A DNA stretch of 64,000 nucleotides, from assembly GCA_963693365.1 (NCBI GenBank), contig CAVNZM010000014.1, positions 3,906,001-3,970,000 of the forward strand, read 5' to 3'. Positions within the stretch are counted from its first letter, which is position 1, and each line of letters opens with the position of its first letter. The notes under the pieces were generated by a model that had not been told where the DNA came from, did not search any database, and was given only the letters and a program-made list of their open reading frames with translations. The translations under genes were made by a program, and so were the position numbers. Shown here one piece after another: positions 35,384 to 52,462 of this stretch. This DNA is from Amoebidium appalachense. Its lineage: Eukaryota > Protista > Ichthyosporea.

Positions 35384-35438
<55 letters not shown>

Positions 35439-35701
35439 TGCGCGCGAGCATGCGCATGTACAATTGTGTATGTGTGTGTGTGTGCGGGTGCGTGCATAGG
35501 TGGATGTGTGCAAAAAGATTGATAAGAAAGGGGAAGACCTTTCACAATGAATAGCAAGAAAGAAAAGTGGCTTTGATTGATTTTTCAGTACATGCCCTTG
35601 GTCATGGTGGTCATGATATGTGCGTGTGTGTCTACTTGCGTGTGTATGCATGTGTGTGTATGCTGCTGCGGCCGCGGGGGGGGGGGGGGGGGGGGGGGGG
35701 G

Positions 35702-35776
<75 letters not shown>

Positions 35777-37846
35777 CAGAGAGAGAGAGAGAGGAGAGAG
35801 AAAGGTGGGGAGGGGGGTGGGGGGGGAGGAAGGGAGAAAGGCAAACCTTTGCAGGAGCCACATCATCAGGCTTCTTATCTCCAACACTCTGTGCCTCCTC
35901 ACTCACAGCCGCAGGAGTAGAGACAGGGACAGGGACAGACACAGGTACAGGGATAGGGGTAGGTGTAACCTCCGCTTGCGAAGGAGCAGGGGGTGTGGGC
36001 TCTGAGGGGATTGGGGCGGGTGTAGAATTCTGCTGCTTGCCAGGGGGTTTTGGTGGGGGCTTGCGCCTCCCTGGAACAAACTGACGTTGAACCTGAGTGG
36101 CTTCCAAAGGAGCAGATACTTTCTCTTCCGTGGGGGCAGGGGTGGGGGTGTTCGTCTCGTTTGTGGTGGTGGCGGTGGGTGGAGGGGGTGGAAACAGGGA
36201 GAGAGGAGGGGGCAGGGGTGGGCTCGGGTTCGGAGACAGCGGGTGCGGGTGCGGGCGTGGGTGCGGGTGTCGGTTCGGGGGAAGAGGGCTCCGGGGTCTT
36301 TTCGTTGGGTTCCGCAGCCGCGGGAATAGACGTAGGTGTTGGTGTTGGTGTGGGCGTGGGTGTTGGTGTGGGTGTGGGTGCTTCTTCCTCCGCCTTGGGT
36401 GGGAGCGCCTGCTCGGGTGTGTTTTCTTCCTCCTGATTTTTCGGTTCTGTTTCTTCCTCCGATGTAGAAACGACGGGCGCGGGGGCCGGGGCGGGGGCGG
36501 GGGGCGAGGGCGGGGGCGGCGGCGGAAAGAGGGGGGTGAAGGAGGAGGGGGGCGGTGTGGGGGGCAGCCTCGGCGTGTTCGGAGGAGGAGGGGATAGTTG
36601 TGGGTTCCGAAGGTGAGGGGGTTGGAGCGGTTGGGGGGGTTGAGGGGGTAGGGGCCGGTGTGGGTTCCTCTAGAGGGGAAGACTCGGCAGGGGGAGGTGG
36701 GGAAGGTGTGGAGGGAGGGGGGGGGGGTGGGTGGGGAGGCGGGTGTGAGGGTGGGTTCAACGGTTGGTGTGGGTGCGGGTGTGAGGGTGGGTTCAACAGT
36801 TGGTGTGGGTGCGGGTGTGAGGGTGGGTTCAACGGGAGCGGGGGTGGGTGTAGGGGTGGGAGTTTCGGTTTGTGTGGGTGGGGATGGCTTGGTGGGTTCG
36901 GGTTGTTGCGGTGGGGGGGTGGGGATAGCCTCCGGGGCAGGAGCGGGCGTAGGTGTGGTGGTGGTGGTGGTGGCGGCGGGAGCGGGGGTGGATGTGAGGT
37001 TGAGGGAGGAGGAGGGAGCCACCGTAGGGGGGGGGTGGGGACGGGGTGGGGGGACGGAGGTGGTGGTGGTGGCGGGGATGGGGGGGAGTTTTTCTGTGCT
37101 GGAGGTGGGAAGGCGGTCGGCACTGCCCTTGGGAGTGTCACCACTGCTCATGCTCTTGGGCCTGATTGGTGAATGGCGGTGTTAAACTTTGTTAAAATAT
37201 TAAAGGGATGGTTGGATTGGTGGGATGGGTTGGTGTATTGCCGTGGTAAAATCTTTTAACATGTTCTCTTCAAGAACGTTAAATGGTGAGATTAGTGGTG
37301 CGTGTCAACACATGAAGTGTACGGAACAATCAGAAGAGCCCACTCTCCACCAACCAACCCCCCCCCCCCCCCCCCCCACACACACACACAAAAAAAATAT
37401 ATGACCGTTTGGAGAAGGGAGAGGGGGGGGAAGGGGGGGGGGGGAGAGGGGGGGGGGGGGGTATATCAACCTGAAAGGTGGGGGGCGAATGGGCCCGGAA
37501 TTGTTGCGGACGGATGGGGCCGAGATTGGGCGAGGAGGAGGAACGTCCCTATTGGTTGGGGCTGGCTGGTCACCTGACTTGCCGCCAATCACTGCGCCCG
37601 ATGTGGTTTCCGTGAGAGCGGGGGCAGAAACGGCTGCTGTGGGGGCGGGGGCGGGGGCCGGGGCGGCGGATTCTTCTTTCTTTTCTTCCTGCTCTTCCTC
37701 TTTGTCTGAAAAAAATAATATTTTTAATAAGAATTTTTAACTAAAGGAATAGGTTTGGGGCTGTAGTGTGTTAGGTGTAGGAAAGGCTCACGTTTTGCAC
37801 CACCCTCTTCTTTTTCCCGTGCGTGTGTGTTGTGTGTGTGTGTGTG

Positions 37847-37903
<57 letters not shown>

Positions 37904-38454
37904 GTGTTGTCGCACCTCCTCTCTTGTGTGTGTGTGTGTGGTGTGTGTGTGTGTGTGTGTGTGATAGGGAGGGAGAAAGAGGCGGGGGGGGGGGGGGGGG
38001 GGAGGGGGGGGGGGGATGTGCAAGCGGGGACTATGCTATTGCTCATAACGTCCTGTTTGCTGTTACTTCCCCTTCTGTCGTGCGCCCCCCTCCCCCTCCC
38101 CCCTCCTCCCCCCCTTCCCCCCTCCCCCCCCCCACCGCCGAAAAAAAAACTCCCCACTCCCTGCTTCCCAGCCTTTCCAGCCACCTTTGCCCCCCTCCCC
38201 ACCCCCAAATCCCACATCTTCTCGTTAGACATAACCCATTCTCTTTGTACTCTCCTTTTCTCTGTCCACAATTATGCTTTTCTTCCCAGTTTATCCCTTC
38301 CCCCCTCCCCCCTCTCCCCCGCCCTCCCCCCCCCTCCTTTCCCCCCCCCCCCCCCCTCCCCCCCAACACTCACCCCCTATCATCCCAGGTGTGTTCTAAA
38401 TTCTCATCATTCCAGTCTAGATCCAAAGCTCGCTTAAACCACCCTTGCTCCTTG

Positions 38455-38485
<31 letters not shown>

Positions 38486-38800
38486 TTCCCTCCCCCTTCT
38501 CCCCTCCCCCAGAACGAAACAAACACACAGAAATACCCCTTGACGAGAGAAACCACAGAGAAACAACCAACCATCCAACCCCCCCCCCCCCCCCCCTCTT
38601 CGCCCCCAAAGGAAGAAAACACACAGAAAAGCACCCCCAAAAAGAATAAAAACACACAAAACGAAAAATTATCTACCATAGTCATCCTCGAAAGTTGGCT
38701 CAGCCTTCACTCCCTCAGCCGACGACGGAACCTTGGGGACAGTGGGAAGCACTGTGTGTGTGTGTGCATGCGTGTGTGTGTGTGTGTGTGTGTGTGTGCA

Positions 38801-38893
<93 letters not shown>

Positions 38894-38926
38894 ATGCGTG
38901 TGTGTGTGTGTGTGTGTGCGTGTGTG

Positions 38927-39000
<74 letters not shown>

Positions 39001-39080
39001 CCCGTGCACGTGTGCATTTGTGTGCAAGTGTGTAGATGTGTGCGCACACGCATGCGTCAAGGGGACGGGACAGGGCGGGG

Positions 39081-39114
<34 letters not shown>

Positions 39115-39248
39115 GGGGGGAGGGGTGGTAATATATGGCAGTTGTTAGTTCAGACACAACCACCATAACACATACCAACGCGCAAGTCAATACCTTTCGC
39201 CTCCTCATCCCCCATCCCCCCAGCCCTCCCCCCCCTCCCCCTCCCCCC

Positions 39249-39330
<82 letters not shown>

Positions 39331-39896
39331 TTTTGTGGTCAGACAAAAGCAATCCTATTACCTACACCAATACGGACCATTCATCCCTGTGCTGCCTTCA
39401 AATCTTGAAACCCAACAAACACAGCATACACCCCGGCGCCCTGTGTGTGTGTGTGTGGACCCACACATGCCCGGCCTGTCCACCCCCCTTCCCCCCCCCC
39501 CCCCCCTCCCCCCCCCAAAAACACACACACACACACACACATGCACAGCCATTGCGCACGCATGAACAAATATTTACGATTGCAGGCACGTGCACGTATG
39601 TTAAGGGTACATGCCTCCATGCTCATCTTCCTGTCTGCCCTATTGCTTCCCCCCCCCCCCCCCCCCCCCCAAATCCCCCCCAAACACACATGCAGACACA
39701 CACACAAAAACCCACCCTGCACTCCCCTTTCTTCCACCCACCCGCCCACCCACCCATGCACGCACACACGGCAGCAGCCTCTCAAAATCACATGGGCAAA
39801 ACCATATCCTCCCCCCCCCCCCACCCCCCCCCCACCCCCCCCCCCCACCCACCCACCCCCTCCTTCCTCCAACAGAAATCTCCTTCCCCTCCCTCC

Positions 39897-39930
<34 letters not shown>

Positions 39931-40127
39931 CCCCCCAAAAAAAAAACCCGGCCCCCACCCTCCCCTCCCCTTTCCCCAACCCACCCACAAAAAAAAAAAA
40001 GAAAGAAAGAGAAAAAAAAGAACCCACATTCACACACCCTCACACACCCCACACACATACACACACCTTCCTTCCCCCCCCCACACACACACCTACCCCC
40101 CTCTCCCCCCTCCCCTCCTTCCTCCCC

Positions 40128-40158
<31 letters not shown>

Positions 40159-40413
40159 ACACACCCACCCTTTATGCCGCCAATAATACTATTTGGTCTG
40201 CTCTTGGGCTTGCCTGGGCCCACAACTTCAGCCTCCGTTTTGACCGGCTCGGCAGGGGGAACCTCCGGGGCAGGGGTAGGGGGCTCTTCGGTCTTGGGGG
40301 GGGTGGTGGGGCGGGGGGAGGGGGTACTTCCTTCTCCTCTGTAATGGGAGGCGGGTGGGATTCTGTGTGTGTGTAGGGGTGGGTGGGCGGGGGGTGGGTG
40401 GGTGGGTGGAGGG

Positions 40414-40471
<58 letters not shown>

Positions 40472-40888
40472 ACGTGTAATTGTGTTTGTGTGTGCCGTAG
40501 GGTTGGTTGTGGGGAGAAGGGAGAGAGGGGGATATGTGCGGGGGTGTAGGTGGGTTGGAAAAAAGGGTGGGAAGGGAGGGGTGAGAATCCTGAACACGAT
40601 ACGATGTACAACAGGACACAGTCAAGCATTCAACCATGCAAACAGCTGCAACCCGGGGGGAGAGGGGGGGGGGGAGGAGGAGGGGGGATGTATGCCCCTG
40701 CGTGCGTAAAAGAACTGCAATCCAAAGGGCATGTGGGCACAGAGGGAGGGGGTGGGGGGGAGGGCGGAGGCGGGGGGGGGGGGGGGGGGGGGAGGGGAGG
40801 GGGGGTTGTCTTACCGGCAACAGCAGCAGGGGCTGAAATATGAAGTGCCTCGGAGGAGCCAGTCCTGGGTGGGTGGGTGGGTGGGTTT

Positions 40889-40980
<92 letters not shown>

Positions 40981-41132
40981 TGTGTGTGTGTGTGCATGTG
41001 TAGGTGTCCGTGCAGGCAAGAGTGTACTAATGTGGGTGTGTATGTGTGGTGCAGGTGTGTGTGCTGTGTGGGCTGTGTGCCCGTGTGTACGTGCACATGT
41101 GTGCGTGTGGGTGTGCGAGTGGCAGGCTTGCC

Positions 41133-41214
<82 letters not shown>

Positions 41215-41466
41215 CCGTGCGCGCACACGCATGTGCATAGTGTGTGCTTGCATGCATGCTTTGTGTGTTATAAACACACACACATGCATTCCCAGTACAC
41301 CATGATAGGCGAGCCAGCACATATTGCATGTTGATGTTGTTAGGTGGATGAGTCAGACATAGCATATCCCAAGGTTAGACGTGTAATAATCTGCCGTATC
41401 CTAGTGGGCATTGTGCCCTTTATTCTTTTCTTTCTTTTCTTTTCTTTCTTTCTTTCTTTTTTTTTT

Positions 41467-41518
<52 letters not shown>

Positions 41519-41594
41519 GAGAGAGAGAGAGAGAGAGGGGCAGGGGTTGGGGGGGTTCTTTCTTCTCTTTTCTTTTCTTTTCGTTTTCTTTTTT

Positions 41595-41653
<59 letters not shown>

Positions 41654-42089
41654 TGTGCAAAAAACGAGCCAAAGATACAACAATCATAAAATGAGAGAAA
41701 GGCAACCCGCGAAGGGCGAAGGACGAGAGGGGGGGGGGGGGGGGGGGGGGGGGGGGCTCAATACTTCTTCTTGTGCCTCATGCTGGCGCCGATACGAGCC
41801 AAAAACCCACCCCTGCAAGAAAATCTGTCAGAAAAATCGTATGGGAAGTGGTTACAGGGTGTGTCTGGCACCATGCAAAAATCTTGCAATTTGTTAGAGA
41901 AACCAAATGCGAACCCCCCCCCCCCCCCCCCCCCCCCCCCCACACACACCCACACACACACTAACTCACCACACTAACTCACACACCTTCACTGTCCAGA
42001 GGTCAACTTTTGAACAGACCAAATCATTTGGAAAGCATCACTATTATGTATAAAAGGGGAATTTATTTCATTTTTTTTTTTGTTGTGGG

Positions 42090-42158
<69 letters not shown>

Positions 42159-43315
42159 TCATACTTGTGCATTTTGATGTCGTCAGGAACACCAGAGATT
42201 GATGGGCCAGCAGCCTGAGTTGATTTTTCGTGTTAATTAATTGTTTCGTTGTTGATTCTTGGGGTCTAACATTCTAATTTATATGAAGAGTTTGGGCCCA
42301 TTACTATCACATTTCAACGTTAATTCTTGGTGCCAACCATCCTTAGCGGTAAGTCATTGGGTCTACTATTAATCCAGAGTTAATCTGGGGGTTCACTGTT
42401 ATGTGAACGGTTTGCCTTGGGTTTACTCCATGTTGAACATGTCCTTTTTTTTTGGGGGGGGGGGAGAGGGGGGGGGGGGGGGGGGGGGGGGAGGGGGGGG
42501 GGGCACTGGGAAGGAACTTGGGGAGGAGGTGAAAGAAGCTTAGGAGGAGCCAGAAGGCCGCGGATGGGGGGGGGGGGGGGGAGGGGGGAGGGGAGAGGGG
42601 GGGGGGGGGGGGGGGTAGAATGCATTAATAACCGAATACACATTCACGACGGACAACACTATGAAGGAAGTTGCCAAGCACACACAAAGTGCATGCATCA
42701 TAAGCAGGCGGTTCATAATGCGCCATGAGTTACCTAAAGTACACATGCACAACGGACAACACAATACAAGGTGCAATAAACGGGGATGAGAAAGGGGGGG
42801 GAGGGGGGGGGGGGGGGGGGGGATGAGCTGCATTTGAGGGTGGCAACCAGAGGCAAAACCCCCAAAAAGAAGAGAAAGGAAAAAGGGGAAGGGCAGCAGG
42901 GGGAGGGGGGGGGGGGGGGGGGGGGCAAAAGAAACAAAACATACTGTGGATAGGTTGCGTGTAGGGGGCAGCATCTCCCTGTCAGCGTCGCTGTTTGTTG
43001 CTATGCACACAGTCCACAGGGCCTCCACCCACACAACCATGCTGGTGCGGTCTGGGCCAATCAGATCGAGCGTCTGAGTCACCTGGAAGTCCGTTTTGCT
43101 CATCTTCTCAACCTGAAAAATTGAAGGGTTGTTGGGGATTGTTGAAGGGGGGGGGGGGGAGAAGGGGGGGGGGGGGGGAGAAGGGGGGGGGGGGGGAGAA
43201 GGGGGGGGGGGGGGAGAAGGGGGGGGGGGGGGGGGGGGAGAAGGGGGGAGGGGGTTGGGGCAGGGGGAGGGGGAGGTGGGGGGGGGGGGGAGGGGGGAGA
43301 GGGGGAGGGAGAGCG

Positions 43316-43395
<80 letters not shown>

Positions 43396-43525
43396 CAGGG
43401 GGGGGGGGGGTGGGAGAGAGTAGACAGAGAAGGGGGGGGGGGGGGGGGGGAGGAAGGGGGGGGAGAGAGAGAGAGAGAGAGGGAGGGAGGGAGAGAGGGT
43501 GGGAGGGAGGGAGAGGGGGGGGGGG

Positions 43526-43613
<88 letters not shown>

Positions 43614-43667
43614 AGAGAGGGAGGGAGATGGGGAGGGAGGGAGAGAGGGAGAGGGGGGGGGGGGGGG

Positions 43668-43711
<44 letters not shown>

Positions 43712-44633
43712 GGGGGGGTGGGGGGGACAGAGAGAGAGAGAGAGAGGAGACAGAGAGCGAGAGAGAGCGAAAGAGAGAGAGAGATAGAGAGAGAGAGAGA
43801 ACGGGAGGAAGGGGGGCTGGGTAGGAGGGCGGAATAGAGTGTGAGAAAAGACTTTGTATGTCTGCAAAGCCGGTTTACAAAGATCATTTTCTAACACAGC
43901 CTCTACCACACCCATCTTTCCACAACTCCCCCCCTTGCCCCCCCCCCCCCCCCCCCCCAACCCCACCCACCTCTCCTCCTCCCTTCCCCCCACCCCCTTT
44001 AAACCCATCTTCTCATCTTCCCTTCTCCCTGAACCCTTTCCTCGTTTCCTCCGCGCCCCCTCCCTCCCCTCCCCCCCCCCCCCCCAAAAAAACCCACCTC
44101 CCCTTCTCCCTGCCCCCTTTCCTCCTCCCCTCCCCCCCCCCCCCCCTCCCCCCGCCGCCGCCCCAGCCCAGCCTGCTAATCTATTATCCACACTAAAACA
44201 CCCATACCCACACAATCACCAAGTCAACAGAATGTTCCCAGACACATACTCCTCGACTCTCCATCTCCCCCCCCCCCCCCCCCAAATCTCTTCATTATTA
44301 TGCCCTCCCTCACCCCCATCCCTCTCTCTCTGCCTCTGCCCCCCTTCCTTCCCTCCCCCCTGCTATTCTCGGCCCCAGCCCCTTCCCCCTTCCCCCCCCC
44401 CCCCCCGGCTCCAACCTCCTTCCCCCCCCCCCCTCCCCCCCCCCCCCCCACCCACCCACCGTCTGTATCAAGACCACACTCAATGCACACCAATATACCC
44501 ACGAACTCCCCGCCTCCCCCCCCCCTCCCCCCCCCCCCCCCCCCCACCCTTCCCTTTGCACACACACAAGAGGGGGAAAAAAGTCTTCACTGGCCCCTTC
44601 TCTCTCCCCCCCACCCCTCCCCCTCCCAAAAAT

Positions 44634-44687
<54 letters not shown>

Positions 44688-44943
44688 ACACACACAACAT
44701 ACAACCCCGCCATCCCCCACACATACACAAACCGACCACCCCCCCCCCCCTCCCCCTCCCCCCCCCTTTCCCCCCTCCCCCCCGCGCCCCGCCCCCCCCC
44801 TCCACACACACGCACACACACACAATACCAACCGTGCCACCCCACATACATACACACACACACATCACCCTATCACCTTACTCATCCACCACCCACCAAC
44901 CCATCTCCACTACCCCCTCCCCCCTCCCCATCAAACTCACCCA

Positions 44944-44978
<35 letters not shown>

Positions 44979-46884
44979 CCCACACACACACATACATACA
45001 CCCACCCACCCACCCGCCCACCCACATACCCACCCACCAACACACACACACACACACACACCTTGTGCCCAGGCACCAACAGACGGAAATGGTTCTTTGC
45101 CTCATCCACCACCGTCAGATGCTCCGGCAGACACTGCAGCCAATCAAAATTAACCATAGCCCCCTCCCCCCCCCCCCCCCCTCCCCCCCCCCCCCCCGTT
45201 CTCCCCTCTCTCTCTCTCCCACCCCCCCGTTCCTCCCCTCCCCAACTCCCCTCCCCTTCCCCACCCCCTTTCCCTTTATCCCCCATTCTCCCACCCTCCC
45301 CCTTCCCCCTTCTCCTCTTTTTGCATTTCACATCTCTCCCTGCTTCCTGCTTCCTCGTCCCTTTTACCGTTTCTCTTTCCAACGAGAATTGATGTGGGTA
45401 TGGGATTTGGGAGGGAGAGAGATAAACCAGCTTGCAAACAGATCTGCATTTCGGCACTCAGCCATACAGCTTTTTACCTCTCCTCCCCTTGCTCTCTGTT
45501 TCTCTCACATCCCCCTTTTCTTTCCCTGCCACTCCTTTCTCCCCTCCCCCCCCCCCCCCCCCCCCCCCCCCCACACACACACCAACAGGAAACCATACAC
45601 ACAACCACCACCGTGCTTCCTGTTTCTTCTCTCCCTCCCCCCTCCCCCCCCTTCTTCCTCCCCCCCCCCCCCCCCCACCCCACCCCCTGCCCTATCCACA
45701 AACCGACCACATCCAGAAGCCACGGCTGCAACACCCAGCCCCCCTCGGTAGCAATATCCCACATCTTCTTATCCCCCCCTCCCCCTTCCCCCTCTCCCTC
45801 CCCTCCCGCCCGGCCTCCTTCCACTCGTTCACCCATGAAAAAAAAAAGTAATCTCCCAGCCACATCAAACCCCCCCCCCCCCCCCCAAAAAAAAAAAAAA
45901 AACCCCCTTTCCCATCCATTCTTCCTGCCTGCCCCCCTCACCCCTCCCCCTTAATCTCTCTCTCTCTCTCTCTCTTTCCCTCCCCCTCCCCCTCCCCCCC
46001 CCTCCCCCCATCCCCCCCCCCACCCCCACACACACCTCCCTCTTGACTCCAGTCAATCCCCCCCTGCCCTTTCCCCCTGCCCCTCCCCCCCCCCCCCCCC
46101 CCCCCCCCGGGGGGGCCTTCTACCGGGAATAAAGGCCAACCCCACCCTACCCCTTCCCCCACCACGAGGCAAACCCTCTTCCCACGTTACGACCACCATC
46201 AGGATAAATGGAGCACGGGGGGCCGGCGGGAAGGGGGGGGGGGGGGGGGTGGGTGAAGAAGTCAAAATGGACCAAAAGAGGTGGGAGGAGGAGAGGTGGA
46301 GGGAGGGGAAGGGGGGCGGCCCAGGTGGGGGGAGGGAGTTGGGAGGAGGAGGGAGGTGGGGGGGGGGAGGGGGAGGGGGGGGGGGGGGGGAGGATATGGG
46401 CACGTACGTGGGAGATGTCGTGGGTGGTGACCAGCTCCTTTTCCTTTTCGTCCTTAAACACGTGCAGCTTGCCAAACCCCATCTGCCCGGCCTGCGCCGG
46501 CAGCCTGAACCACCTCTTTCTCCATTCCTGAATAGACATAGGGGGGGGGGGGGGGATTGGGGTTGTGTATCGATGGTAGCTAGAGGGAGAAGAGAAGAGG
46601 GGTGGGGGGGTGGGGGGAAGACTGGGAGGGGTGGTGTGTGGGAATGAAAAGTGGGGAAGGGGTTGGAGAGGGGGGAGGGGCGGGGCGAGGAGGGGGGGGG
46701 GGGAGGGAGGGAGAGGGAGAAGGGGGGGGGGGGGGGGGGGGGGGGGGGAGGAAACTGGGGAGGGGGTAGTGGTTAATGGAGGGGACTTTAAAGAATGGGT
46801 CGTGTGGTTGGAAGGGTCTGGCAAATGTCAAAGCCGGGTGCACGACGTCATCCTGCTCTGTGCCAGTGCAAGTGTGCATGTGTG

Positions 46885-46927
<43 letters not shown>

Positions 46928-47948
46928 GTGTGTGTGTATGTGTGTGTGTGTGTCGTGTGTGTGTGTGCGCGTGCGTGTGTGTGCGTGGTGTGTGTGTGTG
47001 TGTGTGTCTTTGTGTGTGCTACAATGCATCCAGGTATCCATTTCTGTATCCATCGCCTGTCCCAGCATCGTGAAATCTTCAACACTCCTCCTTTCATCCA
47101 CTGGACATCACCACTCCAAGTGCCTTGGATTTCAAATTATACAACAATCAAGTTTTCTTTGACATGTTTTCTACTGCAATGAGAATTTAATAACATATAG
47201 GCAACAGGTTGTGTGTGTCGTCGTACCAAGGACTGTGGTCCGATGCTAAAGTGCGTTGAAAACCCCACCACATCAAATAGAGCGGAGACGCAGTAGCCAG
47301 AGCAACAGAACATTCGCACAAGCAAGTACATGTTCCAGTTCGTGCACACACTTTATTATGGCCAAGAATACAAGCATGAGCAGCGCAGGCAAGCACCGAT
47401 GCGGGGATTAAATGAGAACAACACACCTACCCACACTAAACCCCTCTACACAAACACACACCCACACACACACACAACGGTAAAAGCATACTCTTATACA
47501 AAAACTCCACCCACATGCAGGGCCACGGAAACGCACAGAAAGACACACACGCATATTCACATGGACACCCAAGCAAACGGGTTCACGATGACCTCCGCTA
47601 AGCACCAGAACACTTGAACACTGTCACTAAGATACATGGATGCACACACATGCACAGGTGAAGACACACACATGCACACACACGCACGACTACATACGCA
47701 CGCACATCCGCGCAAAAATACAAACGCAAACACACACACGCACGCACGCACGCACGCACGCACGCACACACGCACACACGCACACACGCGCACACACGCA
47801 CACACGCACACGCACACACGCATACACGCACACACGCACCCACCTCTTTCTTCCTGTCCTCCACCAGCAGGTGGGACGCCAGGACCGCACCGCCTTTGAA
47901 GTCCTCGAGGGTTATCTTCGGCGGCAAAAATAGATCGTCCTTCCCCAT
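30988..47948 (-). CDS. Multi-exon N-terminal PH-domain protein with a long Pro/Thr/Glu-rich region (adaptor-like); 3' end uncertain
   Basis: Phase-0 exons 47948-47844 (MGKDD...[13 protein letters not shown]), 46527-46408 (EWRKRWFRL...[10 protein letters not shown]), 45133-45062 (...[11 protein letters not shown]) and 43112-42945 (...[13 protein letters not shown]) rebuild a PH fold. Further sense exons lie near 41.8, 40.8, 40.2, 38.7, 37.5, 37.16-35.85 (with 36-nt [12 protein letters not shown] repeats), 35.3 and 34.3 kb. Exons at 33-31 kb are tentative. Confidence 0.62.
33971..34260 (-). mobile_element. Copy A (~290 bp) of a non-LTR retroelement-like 3' fragment inserted in a poly-C tract
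   Basis: 33971-34185 is the exact reverse complement of 61299-61513 and ends ...gacgcattcAAAA. An extra ~75 bp lies on the 5' side, and the whole is flanked on the minus strand by CCCCCCT on both sides. Confidence 0.7.
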
Positions 47949-48909
47949 GGCTCCTTCTATCTCTCTCTCCACGTATAATTCTATACTTTTCCTCCAGAAA
48001 CACTTACTTTTTCTTTTCAAGTTTTGTGTTTTTTGCTTGCAACAATTGTGATGAGTTGTGAACAAGTTGTGGCGATGGAACGTTACAAATGTAACCTGAC
48101 CTGCAGCTGTAAAATGATGGAATGTGATTGAGCCCGCCATTATATGTGCAGCACATTCCATACATACCTCTTTAAGATAACACGTGCTGATTGGCGCCCT
48201 GGTAGATCTAGGCTGGGAGATCCCAGATCCGGTCAGATCTGCAAGGTTTGCTGCTGTGCAAGCTTGCCGTACGTGTATGTACATGAAGCCTAGATCCCCA
48301 TCGACCAGCACAAAACCTATGTTGACCATCTTGTTGTTTCACCGGTGGTAAAGAAAACCACCCACCCACACTGAACACATAAGGAGGGAAACACATCATT
48401 ACACAAAGGCCAAAAAGTGGCTTTAACCATGGCCATGCATACACACCGATATTACCACCAGGCATGCGCAGCCCCGCCTAGCCGTCTCCGGATTAATATT
48501 CCCCCCCAAGCACCTTTGGAGGCCCCCTTTCCAATCCCGTGCAACCATGCAGTGCCAACAGCACGCACATACACGTGTACACACACACGCACAAGCACAC
48601 AGACGCACGCACACGTACACAAACGGACGAGCGCGCACACACTGTACAGGGAGAGCTAGGCAGAGAGAGAGAGAGCGAGAGAGAGAGAGAGAGAGAGATA
48701 GAGAGAGAGCGAGAGAGAGAGGGAGAGAGGGGGGGGGCGGAGAGAGAGAGAGAGAGAGAGAGCGAGATTGTGGAAAGAGAGAGAGGGAAAGAGGAGAGAG
48801 AGAGAGCAAGAGAGAGAGAGAGAGACGGGAGAGAGAGAGAGATCTAAGAGCCTGAGATAGAGCTCTAGAGAGAGAGGGGGGGGGGGGGGGGGAGGGGGAG
48901 GGAGAGAGA

Positions 48910-50690
<1,781 letters not shown>

Positions 50691-50697
50691 CACATAG

Positions 50698-51278
50698 TGG
50701 GCGGCTATACCGTACCCAAATACCCAAACCCAAACCCAGATTTTAAGCCCAGATGTCACGCATGCGGCATGACCGCCGCCGCACCACACCTATGTATTAT
50801 AAAGAAACAAAGAATATATGCTATAATAAAGCATTATAAAACCTACAAATATTAATGTTGCGTAATAAGGTAATATTTTTAGGCCGAAATTAAACCAGAA
50901 ATATGCTTAACATCTTAGTTCTTGGCGATTTCTTGCTTCATCTTGTTGTCGCTGAAGATTTGGGTTTGGATTTAGGAATCTAAAAGACTCCCCCCCCCCC
51001 CCCCCCCCCCCCCTCCCCCTCTAGATTCCTATCCCAAACCCAGATTCTGGACCGTGAAACCCAAATTACCTGCCTTATTTGGAAAAGATGTGCTACCAAA
51101 GAGGCGCTTTTCTTGTAAGATTCGGGTGCTCGATGGTGATCTATGGCATATCCGACCACGCGATGATTGGTAGCAGATTGAAACGCAATATTTCGCTATC
51201 CAATCGACCGTCAATACTAGTATTAAGTCAGGGAATCTGGGTTTAGGTTTGGGTATTTGGGTACGGTATAGCCGCCCA
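50698..51278. mobile_element. MITE-like non-autonomous DNA transposon (~580 bp, ~45-bp terminal inverted repeats)
   Basis: Left tgggcggctataccgtacccaaatacccaaacccaaacccagatt vs right aatctgggtttaggtttgggtatttgggtacggtatagccgccca (1 mismatch). No coding capacity. TSD not resolved. Confidence 0.8.
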
Positions 51279-51321
51279 GTGTTAGAATCCCAAAGTCTTG
51301 TGTGGAAGGAACATTCAAGTT

Positions 51322-51795
51322 AGCAAGGGGCTTTGCTAAGCGCTACCTTTTCAGACAATCCTACTCTGGGGAGACATTTGTAGTGATAGCAGGCTCGAGG
51401 ACCCTAAAGGTTCTTGAAAGGAGGAGGGGAGATGATGGATGTGTGCGTGTGTGGTTGGGTGGGTGGGGGGGGAGAAGACTGGACTGGGCACATGAAACGC
51501 TCATCGTAAATAAAAAAAGCGCATCTTTTTATTGATGTTGTCGTTGTGTAGAAGAATGAGCAAGGGGCTTTGCTAAGCGCTACCTTTTCAGACAATCCTA
51601 CTCTGGGGAGACATTTGTAGTGATAGCAGGCTCGAGGACCCTAAAGGTTCTTGAAAGGAGGAGGGGAGATGATGGATGTGTGCGTGTGTGGTTGGGTGGG
51701 TGGGGGGGGAGAAGACTGGACTGGGCACATGAAACGCTCATCGTAAATAAAAAAGCGCATCTTTTTATTGATGTTGTCGTTGTGTAGAAGAATGA
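51322..51795. repeat. Near-perfect tandem duplication, 2 x 237 bp
   Basis: agcaaggggctttgctaagcgc...gttgtgtagaagaatg at 51322 and 51559. Confidence 0.95.
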
Positions 51796-52057
51796 CTGTG
51801 TGTACCAATATCATAAAACTATAAAAAGATAATACCCATTTACATATTAACCTATTACACGATATATCCACCAAGTTCAACTATCCAACAAAACTAAAAA
51901 AAAACTATCCAACAAAACCAAAAAAAAACTAAAAAAAAACAGGGCGAGTCCCTGAAGTCATAATAACCCTTTTGTGGCTTTTACTTTACACCCCGCATCC
52001 AAAAAATAGCACCCCACATCCGAAATAGCACAAAACATTTATTTCCCCCTTTTTTCC

Positions 52058-52404
52058 CTACTTGGCCTTGTGGAATTTCTCCGCCTCCTCCGACCCCTTC
52101 GTCGCATTCCCCTCACTATACGCATGCGCTCCGGCCCCCGCCAACTTCCCATTCTGCACAATCAAATACTCGTTCCTGATGGGGCGTCCTTCGAAGTGAC
52201 ACTCAAGAATCTCGCGTACACCCGCGGCGTAGCGTGCCTGAGCGGAGAGGGTAGAGCCCGAGATGTGGGGGGTCATGCCGTGGTGGGGCATGCTGCGCCA
52301 AGGGTGGTCCTTGGGGGCCGGCTGGGGGAACCAGACATCACCAGCATAGCCGGCAAGGTGGCCTGCCTTGAGCGCACGGGCAATGGCTTCACGGTCGCAG
52401 ATCT

Positions 52405-52462
<58 letters not shown>

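Noticed and set aside
48204-48297. Short inverted repeat gatctaggct...agcctagatc
   Set aside because: Only 10-bp arms and no TSD or second copy; could be chance.
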